The notes under the pieces are model-generated. The model was not told the DNA's origin, did not search any database, and saw only the letters and a list, made by a program, of their open reading frames with translations. Positions 1-8,822 of a DNA stretch of 20,000 nucleotides are shown here, in pieces. Position 1 is the stretch's first letter. Each line of letters begins with the position of its first letter. The stretch comes from Rozella allomycis CSF55 (Eukaryota), in the NCBI GenBank assembly GCA_000442015.1, contig KE560678.1, forward strand, positions 49,145 through 69,144, in the 5' to 3' direction. The position numbers and the translations under genes are program-made.

Positions 1-497
1 TGAAGTTGAGGCCGCTTACCTTCCTGGAGACAGAACATATCGGTATTTTGGAAGAGCAAAAGAGCTTCCTGGAGTGAAAGAACTATTCGAAGCTCAGAAG
101 CCCGTTGAATTTAGAAAGACGAGATTTGAAATGATAAAAGCGATAGATCCAGACTATTTCGGATACCGAGACGAAGATGATGGCGTTTTGTTACACATTG
201 AAAGCGAATTTGAAAAGAATGGTATTTAATACAACAAATGTTTAACTAGAACTTATAGACGCATTTGAATTATGGAAGATGAAAACGGACGATGGATTTA
301 GCGTTAAAAGCCGGGAAATCGAGGAGCAATTTGAAAAAGAGTTGAATGAAAAAATTAGTGCATGGAATTTCCCGCCATTAAACACCGAAGTATGTTTAAC
401 ACACGACGTTCCAATACCCACACAAAAAGATGTTGAAGCCTATTTACTGGAACTTAAGAAACAAGAAATTCTGGAGAAATACACAAGCAAATCTTAA
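1..497 (+). CDS. ISY1: Pre-mRNA splicing factor ISY1 (NTC/Prp19 complex), 5'-partial; exons <1-221 and 250-497
   Basis: Frame from nt 2 reads YRYFGRAKELPGVKELFE...IDPDYFGYRDEDDGVLL, the Isy1 family motifs. C-terminus has VPIPTQKDVEAYLLELKKQEILEKY. GT-AG intron 222-249 (28 nt); an in-frame alternative acceptor lies at 258. Confidence 0.92.
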
Positions 498-557
498 TGT
501 AGAAATAAAACTTTTTTTATCAAGTTAAAAATTTTGATAGGATATTTTCGGTTTTTT

Positions 558-2447
558 ATGCTGATTTTGTATGCCACACAAACAGGGACTGCCCAATATG
601 TCGCAGAGAGAATAGCGAAAGACGCATACAGAAAGGCTGTAGATTTTAGAATAAGGGGAATGGACGAGATAGATTACGTAAAAAAACCAGATTTGTTATC
701 TTCTAGCTAGATTTACCAAATGAGAAGGTTATAATATTTGTGTGCTCAACTACTGGAGATGGCGAAGCTCCTGAACAAATGGTTAATCTATGGAAATTCC
801 TGCTCAAACGTTCACTACCTGGAGATTTCTTGGCTGACGTTTCTTGCTCAGTTTTTGGTCTCGGGGATTCTTCATACGCAAAGTAGACAAATATTTATAT
901 TATATCTAGATTCAATTATCCAGCAAAAAAGCTATGGAAAAGGCTTATTCAGCTTGGCGCCAAAATGATTGGAGATAGAGGTGACGGTGACGACCAGCAC
1001 CCACTTGGGTAATATTAACTTAATCGAATTAATTATAGGGTAGATGGTGCTTTTTTACCTTGGATAAAATCAGTCTGGGAAGGTTTGCGTAACGTGTTAC
1101 AGTGTGATGTCGACAAGCAAGAAATTACTTCGCTGCCATCAAAGTATAAATTTATTGAAAAAGAAGAATATAACACAGATATACTAAAGGATAATTCTGC
1201 TTTCGTTGTTAAAAATGAAAGAATTACAACTTTCGATCACTTTCAAGATATTCGTTTGATTACGCTTGACGGGGTATTTGATTACAACCCGGGAGATGTT
1301 GCTGCATTAAAGCCCCAGAATTTACCTGAATATGTTGAAAAGTTACTTACAAGACTTGATTGGCTAAAATATGCTGACACATCTTTTGAATTGACAATTA
1401 ACAGACCTGACGGATCAAATCATTTTCATAGCAAATGCTGGACGTTAAGAAAACTTTTGACAGAGGAATTAGATTGTTATTCAATTCCAAGGAAATCGTT
1501 TTTTGAAATCTTGGCTCAATTCTCACACGATGAAATGTTTACCGAGAGATTAAATCACTTTATATCTCCCGAAGGTTTAGTAAAATATACTAAATATCTT
1601 CATTAGGATGATTTCTTAGACTACAATCAAAGAATGAAAAAGACTGTTTTAGAAGTACTCGAGGACTTTCCTGGTTTAAAATTCCCTTACGAATATGCTT
1701 TTGACGCGTTTCCGTTAATTAAGAGTCGATGTTTCTCCATATCAAGCTGCATTAAAAATAGAATAGAGTTGGTAGTGGGGATTGTAAATTACAAAACCAA
1801 AATGAAAGTCCCCAGAGAAGGATTGTGCACTCGATGGCTTGCAACTCTAACACGTAAAGGCAGTTAAATAAATTAACAAGAAAATACCAAAGTAAATTTA
1901 AGCATCAAGAAAGGGTCATTCACGTTCTCAAACGGAGTTTTACCAACGACTCCAATTATACTTTGCTGTGCGGGAACCGGAATAGCCCCGATGAGGTCTT
2001 TGATTTACTACCTACTGATTCATCAAGATTTTAAACAAGAAATTTATCTCTTTTTCGGATGCAGAAATAAGAACAAAGACGACATATTCTATAAAGAATT
2101 CAATGAGTTATCAAATTCTTATCCGAATTTTACATACTTTTATGCATATTCAAGAGATCAAGTAAATATTGTTCTTGACATTTAATAGCCAAACAAAGTT
2201 TACATTCAAAATATCCTGCTTCAGAATCAATCTTTGATTTGGTCTCTAATAAATCACAAAAAAGCTTCCGTTTACATTTCTGGGTATAGAAAATGTTTTA
2301 TTTTTAAATAGAAACACAAGCCTGCCAAAAGAAATTAAGAAATCTTTACTCGAGATTTTCACAAACAACTTAAAAAATGATATTATCGCAAATCAACAAA
2401 TAGAGCAGCTAATAAATGAAAGAAAGATTCAATGGGAAGCTTGGTAG
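558..2447 (+). CDS. NDOR1: NADPH-dependent diflavin oxidoreductase 1 (Tah18), 8 exons
   Basis: ATG at 558: MLILYATQTGTAQYVAE (FMN loop), CSTTGDGEAP, VFGLGDSSYAKFNYPAKKL, GDDQHPLGVDG, RCFSISS, GLCTRWL, GTGIAPMRS, LFFGCRNKNKD, AYSRDQPNKVYIQ, terminal WEAW*. GT-AG introns 678-706, 883-909, 1009-1038, 1580-1606, 1854-1880, 2162-2188, 2284-2311. Confidence 0.93.
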
Positions 2448-2509
2448 AAATAAAAATAAAGATATAGGTTTATTAGCTGGCACCTCTGCTAAGCCCCTGT
2501 ACCCTTGTC

Positions 2510-3943
2510 ATGAAAATTATTCTATTATTCACCACGTGGTTAGGCTTAATCGCTTCAAATGAGATAAGTTATGATTTTTCTCAAATCCCAAAATGTCACG
2601 AAAATGATTTCAAAATAATTGAATCATTTCAGGGTTCACGTCATTATCAGGTACTTCAGAAAGCTATTCATAATCCTTCCGGCAGCTTAGCCTTGATTAA
2701 ATATTATTCTTTAAGTAACTCAGAGGCATCAAAGAGACATGTAAAAGAATTTCAAAGAGAAATACGCGTCCATCACTATGTAAACTCACCCATGATTCAA
2801 AAGTTGATTTGCTATAATGAGATGATAACTCCTGGGAGAATGAATATTCTTTACTTTGCCGTTGAATATTTTGAAGGAGTTCTATTAGAAAAACAATTAC
2901 AGGCTGGACGTTTTACTATTAGTGAAACAATTGAACTCTTTTACAAAATTTTGGCTGGTGTTAAAAGCTTACACGCTAGCCTTTTGATCCATGGAAATCT
3001 CACACCTTCAAATATTTTGATTAAAGATGGTGTAATTAAGCTGATCAACTTTGAATATTCATCTGCGGAAAATGACTGGGATATAAATGATCACTCTGTA
3101 TCATCTCCTTACCATATTAAAGATCCTATCTTCACTCTGGCTACGGATCTGTACAGCATTGGCGTGATCATTTATGAAACCCACTTTTTGTCAACTGCTC
3201 CAGAAGCGTATTCTTTAGAAAGGAAAGCGAAAGAGAAGTACCCATCAAAAAGGGTTGAGAATGATGACAAACCATATTTTATGAATCAAAGAATTTTCAA
3301 TGCCCTCCTACCATTAATTCAAGTGAACTTGAAAAAGAGAATACTATTCCTTCTACCCAAAAATTCTGATGATTTAAACAAAAATTTGTTTAATGAAATT
3401 GATTGCAAGGCTATGTCAATGAATGAAGTTTTCAGCTCAAACGCCGTTCTCGATTTATTTGTTTCAAAGTATCCATATGAGCAGTTAAAGGAATACTTGG
3501 GATCAGTGACTGAAGAGCACATAAATCTAATTGCTACGAAACGGGGGAAAACTTTATATCTCGAGAATAGATTGTTGGATCTAAAACAAAAAGAAGAGAA
3601 ATTGAATTTAAAGTCGCGTGAAGTCGAATCTTCCTCTGAGACTCTTAAGGAAAAGATGCAAGCATATGAAACGGCTAAAAAGAACATTTTCAAGCAATTC
3701 TATGGACTTGAAGAAATGAAACTTGACGTTGTAAATGAAGCTAGTAGATTAGCCAGCTTAGTGGAAGAGAGAAATACGTTAGACGATTTTGTAGATAATT
3801 TGAAAATAGAAATCGGAAGAGCCAAGGAGGACTATTCAATGTTTATAATGGCTTTTGAGAAAAAAATGGAGGACCTGGAGGAACTTAAAATGATTGTGGA
3901 AAAGGCCGTGGAGAAAACTCATCAAAAATTGATTGATGTTTAA
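2510..3943 (+). CDS. Predicted secreted pseudokinase: signal peptide, degenerate protein kinase domain, C-terminal coiled coil
   Basis: 477-aa single ORF. N-terminus MKIILLFTTWLGLIAS. Kinase subdomains ALIK, FQREI, AVEYFEG, IHGNLTPSNILI, IKLINFE, TDLYSIGVIIYE. E/K-rich helical tail from about aa 350. Confidence 0.8.
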   Translation: MKIILLFTTWLGLIASNEISYDFSQIPKCHENDFKIIESFQGSRHYQVLQKAIHNPSGSLALIKYYSLSNSEASKRHVKEFQREIRVHHYVNSPMIQKLICYNEMITPGRMNILYFAVEYFEGVLLEKQLQAGRFTISETIELFYKILAGVKSLHASLLIHGNLTPSNILIKDGVIKLINFEYSSAENDWDINDHSVSSPYHIKDPIFTLATDLYSIGVIIYETHFLSTAPEAYSLERKAKEKYPSKRVENDDKPYFMNQRIFNALLPLIQVNLKKRILFLLPKNSDDLNKNLFNEIDCKAMSMNEVFSSNAVLDLFVSKYPYEQLKEYLGSVTEEHINLIATKRGKTLYLENRLLDLKQKEEKLNLKSREVESSSETLKEKMQAYETAKKNIFKQFYGLEEMKLDVVNEASRLASLVEERNTLDDFVDNLKIEIGRAKEDYSMFIMAFEKKMEDLEELKMIVEKAVEKTHQKLIDV

Positions 3944-4143
3944 AATGTAAAGTTAATAAAGACCTTTTCAATATGATAAATTTTTAGATCTAAAAGATAC
4001 GTGAAAATTACTGCATATCAGTTACTTAATGACTATTGAATTGTTGATGTTAAAAGGTCACAGACGGTGTGATTGAAAATTCAATCAGATCTATTTATAG
4101 GAATTTCAAGAATTTAAAAATGAGTACGCGACCACGCCACACG

Positions 4144-4764
4144 ATGAAAATTTCTACCACCTTCGTTGCTGCTTTACTCGCATCCTTTGCTGCTGCTGAA
4201 AGTACTCTTCTTCCTGAAACCATTTCTTTGAGAATATATGGAGGACCTGACTGTTCTGGTGTACCTATTGTCATCCTTCACGGCGAAAGTGCTGGTGCTC
4301 AGGTTGATTTACCAGACAACGCTTGTGTTGCTCCATCTGCTATTACTGATATCGTTTCCAAGTCTTTCAGTAACGAGTTTGCTGGTATTTTCGGACAAGA
4401 AGATGTTAAAAGCGCCCTTCAAGAGATTTCTAAATTTAGAATTGAAATTGTTCGCCAGAAACCATTGAAAGAAAGCGTAAGTAAACTTGTGAAATACACC
4501 CGTGTGATTTCCAAGGACAAGTCTATTCAAGTCCTTGTTCAAGACAACTTGTGCCTCTCCATCATGGGAACTTCTATGAAGATGTCTTGCGCTGAAGGCA
4601 AAATTACAACTCAACAATTTAACGTTGAAAACTGCAAAGGAAAAGCTGATGTAGTTGACAAGGATTCCATGAATATGTTGTCAACAATGTTTGGTTTCGA
4701 TGTGCAATGTGGATTCAACGTACACGGAGTTGCTGGAACCGCTTCTATTGAAGAGCTACCATAA
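4144..4764 (+). CDS. Predicted secreted 206-aa orphan protein with 6 Cys
   Basis: ATG at 4144 gives a typical signal peptide MKISTTFVAALLASFAAA. Uninterrupted ORF rich in GCT/GTT/TTC/AAC codons. No family recognised. Confidence 0.75.
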   Translation: MKISTTFVAALLASFAAAESTLLPETISLRIYGGPDCSGVPIVILHGESAGAQVDLPDNACVAPSAITDIVSKSFSNEFAGIFGQEDVKSALQEISKFRIEIVRQKPLKESVSKLVKYTRVISKDKSIQVLVQDNLCLSIMGTSMKMSCAEGKITTQQFNVENCKGKADVVDKDSMNMLSTMFGFDVQCGFNVHGVAGTASIEELP

Positions 4765-4802
4765 AAATTTATTTATAATGCTATTTAAGACTTTATTTTA
4801 CT

Positions 4803-6203
4803 TTATTTGAAAATATTTGAAAACATTTCTTTAGATTTTTTGTATCGTTTGTTTTCTAGCTCCAACAATTTCTTTCGCTCCCTTGCAATATCCGAAACAT
4901 AGTCATTTTTCACAACATTTGGACAACTTTCTAATAATTTTTCAAACGCATTTAGGTCGTCCTTGGCAGAATCCAAGTCTCGCCCTTGAGAAATATACGC
5001 TTGAGCTCTTCTAAATAATGCTTTGAGGTTAGACGGATCTTTTTTAAGAATAATATCTGCCTGAGAAATCGCTACTTTATAATCGCCCAATTTTAGTGCG
5101 CAAAGAATGTAGTTCAATCTGCAAGAGACTTGGAACCCCTCAATCCAATCTTTTGAAACACAAGAAGTCGGATCAGATTCTACTAAAGGATCAGACACAT
5201 TATCTTTTCCTCTGGCGATTTCTGAAAACGATGGAAGCATTAGCAGATTTTCAATGTAGTCTAACACGAGTGCAAATTTAATAGACGCTTCCTTAAATTT
5301 ACCCGACTTTACTAAAGAAACTCCTTCGTCTTTAAGCTGAGGTATCTTTTTAACTTTTTCAATAGCCGACAGTGTAAATGGGTGCTCATTCTCTTCAGTT
5401 ATAAATTCAAGACATTCAATAGTAAACTCCAAAGGCATCCCGTCCAATTGATAAAGCTCTGAATAAGTGTCCAAATCTTCCATGAATCCGGCAGCGCAAG
5501 TTTTCTTTCCACCATTCTTCTTGTCTCTTATCTTCCTTAAAGCGATTTCTAGTTGAATATATCCTTTAGACAGAGAATTAGACAATACGAATACAGATTT
5601 TTCTCCGACATTCATAGTTTTTACTATTTGTTCTAATGGCGGAAAGGAGAATGATTTATTCAAAAGGAGCTCGAAAGGTTCACCCGACTCTTTTGTGTCT
5701 GTTATTACATTTATCTTATTGCACACTGATAAAAAATCAGTTTGTTGCCCAGTTTTGCAAGATTCTCCCTCATGTGTTGGCTTGCAGGAGCTAGCATGAT
5801 GATTACAATTCACATGTGCATGGCAATCTTTAGCATCATGTTTCTTCTCATCATCAGACTCATGCTCATCATCACCTTCAGTAATTTTCCGTTCCTTATG
5901 TTTATTAATGTCCACCCCCATAAATTTACTTAACAACTCTGAAGGGCTATCTTCTGATATCCGTTCACATTCATTTTTGACTTTGTTACAAATATTTTCA
6001 AAATTTTCTTTATTATCTATGTGAAGGGGTATGGTAGAAACTCGCAGATGCATCTTCACTTTAGATGCTGACCATTTGGTGTCGCAAATCTTTCCAGGTT
6101 TGAAGATTAATTTGTACATGTCGTTGTTTATTTTGGAAAAGTCTGTTAAATCTAAAGTTGGATGGGATAATTTTGAAATCCAGTCTGTTTGTGTTGAACT
6201 CAT
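4803..6203 (-). CDS. AIP: AIP/AIPL1-like co-chaperone (FKBP-like domain plus TPR repeats) with a long insertion
   Basis: KLIFKPG, SKVKMHLRV, VITDTKESGEPFELLLNKSFSFPPLEQIVKTMNVGEKSVF, PLEFTIECL and EKVKKIPQLKDEG match the AIP layout. TPR segments RLNYILCALKLGDY and NLKALFRRAQAY. Confidence 0.8.
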   Translation of the reverse strand: MSSTQTDWISKLSHPTLDLTDFSKINNDMYKLIFKPGKICDTKWSASKVKMHLRVSTIPLHIDNKENFENICNKVKNECERISEDSPSELLSKFMGVDINKHKERKITEGDDEHESDDEKKHDAKDCHAHVNCNHHASSCKPTHEGESCKTGQQTDFLSVCNKINVITDTKESGEPFELLLNKSFSFPPLEQIVKTMNVGEKSVFVLSNSLSKGYIQLEIALRKIRDKKNGGKKTCAAGFMEDLDTYSELYQLDGMPLEFTIECLEFITEENEHPFTLSAIEKVKKIPQLKDEGVSLVKSGKFKEASIKFALVLDYIENLLMLPSFSEIARGKDNVSDPLVESDPTSCVSKDWIEGFQVSCRLNYILCALKLGDYKVAISQADIILKKDPSNLKALFRRAQAYISQGRDLDSAKDDLNAFEKLLESCPNVVKNDYVSDIARERKKLLELENKRYKKSKEMFSNIFK

Positions 6204-6224
6204 TTAGAATTTTTCGGAAATCAT

Positions 6225-8635
6225 ATGAATGTGTTTCACGAAGATGTAGTGTGTTTAAAGGATAAGATTGATGTAAAAGGTGTTGTTTCTGATACTATAT
6301 TTGAAAATCAATCTATTCCTAAAGATTGTGTTGAAGTGTCATGGCATCAAGAACCTTATCCCGTGGAAATTATCGATAAGAAAGATTTGATAGTCACTAA
6401 TAGATATCCTTTTTGTCTTATATTATTTTAAGATTGATTTTCCTTAATTTCAAATCGTTTTTACCGAGTGACATTGTTATGGATCCAAACGATCCTAGGA
6501 AGCTGCAGGGACTTGTAGTAAATACTAGAAGTGTATTGCATGTTCAAAACTGTTTTGATGATTCAAAGAAAGAATATGTTGTTGGAGATGATATGGTAGA
6601 TATTGAAAAGGAATTTCTTGTTCAGGAAGGATCGTGGGTCAAATATAATGACTGGATAGGAATTGTTATTGAAGTATGATAATGGTAAATCTAATAATTT
6701 AGGTGAAAACTGACTTTTATATTGCATTCAGCAATGGTGCAGTTTGCATACCAAAAGACTCAACAAAGTGTAGGCCGGCAAATGAAATAGACGAAGACTC
6801 TTATTGGTATGAAAGACATTTACCAGGACAAGTTATGATTTCAAAAAGATCTAATTTTGAAAAGGGAAAGTGGATTAAAGGATCATTTAAGAGTGCATCA
6901 CATCATTGGAAAGGGGTACTAATGAAGACGGCCCATAAGAGTGTTTCGGTGATATGGAAAACAGTTAATCCAATTTTGCCCAATGATTCTGAAATTCTAT
7001 CGTCTCCAAAAACTTTGTATGGCAATGAATTGAATAATTTGGAGGTATTTGACACATTTTTATTATCTAAAATAAACATTGGATCAGTTGTGAAACTAAA
7101 GAAAGAAGCACTTGAAAACTTTAAAGATTTACCGATTGCCTGTAGCGATGAAAATTTCATGAACTATTGGATGGTTGTCGATCAAAAGACAACCGTAGAT
7201 GTGCATTGGCAGGATGGGAAAATAGAAAATGAAATTTCTTCAGAGAAAATAATTCCAATTTTAGAGGCTGGTGAAACTGATTTGAGTGCCACTGAATTTG
7301 TTAAAAAGAATGAATCTGATAAATTAGGCATTTTGCAAAGTTTTGATCCTAATGAAAGAACTTGTACAGTAGGGTGGATCTCGAGTAACAGTGGAATGGT
7401 TGAAGGTGAATTGGAAGAATTAAGTATTTACGATGTTAAGGCAGACCCACAAGTTTCATTTTACATTATGAACATTGTGTTAAAAATAGATTCGATCCAA
7501 GACCCGAATAGCTGGGCTGGTGAAATAAGAAATATTTTGCCGAATGGATTAATTGAAGTTAGATGGACGACGGGGGTTACAGAAAATATTCCTTTCAAAC
7601 ATTTACATTTTGTTTATGATAGTTCTCAAGTTGATGACGAAGATCTTGAAGATATTTGTTATCCCCATGTAGATGACGATTGGATGACAATTGCAAGTGA
7701 CGAGAATTCGGAAATAGATCAACAAGAAGAAAAAATATCTTTTGTAGATCTAGATCTAACTAAAAAGTTTAATATTTTGAGTATTAATGGAGATAACAAA
7801 GATTCTTTTAGCATTGATGAAAATGCACCATTAGATCATCTATTTTTACACAAAACAATTCAATTTGCATCAAACGCAGCCAATGTGGCCATAAGGAAAG
7901 ATTTTAAACTTTTAAAGGAATTACCTGAAAACATTTACGTTACAACTTTTGAAGATAGAATAGATCTATTTAGGTCTATCATAATTGGATCCAAAGGTAC
8001 CGTTTATGAATACGCAATGTTTCTATTTGATATTCAGCTTTCATCTAAACATCCATTTGAACCTCCATCCGCGTATTACCATTGTTGGACTGATGGGCTA
8101 GGAAAATTAAATCCAAATCTCTATGAAAATGGAAATAGTAATTTTCATTTTTATTTTTTATCTAGTTTGTTTATCTCTACTTGGAACATGGGAAGGATTT
8201 GAAAAGGAAACTTGGTCTTCAAATTCTTCCATTTACCAATTATTACTTTCTCTTCAAGCTCTTGTTCTCGTCAGAGAACCTTACTACAATGAAGCGGGCT
8301 ACACAAAATATCAGGGAACTGATGAAGGTCAAGTAGCTTCCATTCGATACTTGGAAAACGCTTTTCTGGGTTCCGTTAAATCAATTTTACATATCTTAAA
8401 TCATCCACCATCTAATTATGAGGCTCTGGTTAAATTCTACTATATAGATTGCGGAAATTTAGAAAAAGTCATTCAAAGGTGCGAAGCATTAGTACATTCC
8501 TCACAAGAACACGAAGAAAACATTTGTTCTTGGTATGATTCCACCAATCAAGATCAATTCCCTCTTAAAAGAATTTCAAAAGGTGGCGCGAAATTGTTAA
8601 CCCCCATCATAGAAACCTTGAAATCTTTTATTTAA
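6225..8635 (+). CDS. UBE2O: E2/E3 hybrid ubiquitin-conjugating enzyme UBE2O-like; exons 6225-6403, 6454-6673, 6703-8137, 8166-8635
   Basis: N-terminal conserved regions (NRSFLPSDIV after splicing, GSWVKYNDWIGIV, TTVDVHWQDG). UBC domain EDRIDLFRSIIIG..GTVYE, LNPNLYENGNICLSLLGTW (active Cys restored by intron 8138-8165), QALVLVREPYYNEAG. Intron 6674-6702 is GT-AG; intron 1 is non-canonical. Confidence 0.9.
6404..6453 (+). other. Putative U12-type (minor spliceosome) intron with AT-AA termini, 50 nt
   Basis: Starts ATATCCTTT (U12 donor consensus). TTTTCCTTAAT at 6438-6448 matches the U12 branch consensus. No nearby GT-AG pair joins the two frames. Splicing 6403 to 6454 gives DLIVTNRSFLPSDIV. 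Confidence 0.7.
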
Positions 8636-8822
8636 TAAAATAACAGTTTCAATTTTTTTGACAACATAGTTTATAGTACATGCAAATCTAAGCAAACTCT
8701 ATACACTCAACTCCAACAATTGATAACTTTGAGATTTATTATAGTTAAAGATTTTTATTCCAAAAATTGAAGCACTTGTTGACCCTTCCCAGTTGCCAAG
8801 CTTTTGAAAAATACAAAACACA

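Noticed and set aside
738-968. ORF-track 76-aa ORF
   Set aside because: Wrong-frame shadow of NDOR1 exons 2-3.
558-2447. Fragmented ORFs (NDOR1, and likewise DPH1, calnexin, phosphatase) as pseudogenes, frameshifting or stop-codon reassignment
   Set aside because: Every break is resolved by a 26-32 nt GTA...AG intron that restores conserved motifs under the standard code.
3319-3693. Antisense ORFs (this one, 4309-4617, 6903-7160, 11668-11889, 18620-18874 and similar)
   Set aside because: Shadows of well-supported genes on the opposite strand, with no motifs.
4069-4143. N-terminal extension of the 231-aa ORF
   Set aside because: Starts at GTG; the ATG at 4144 directly precedes the signal peptide.
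6463-6464. Classical AT-AC end for the UBE2O minor intron
   Set aside because: Out of frame: gives AGC GAG TGA immediately.
8792-8800. GTTGCCAAG upstream of NME7 as an RFX X-box
   Set aside because: Only a half site; GTTGCCA also occurs in coding sequence here, and RFX control of ciliary genes is mainly documented in animals.
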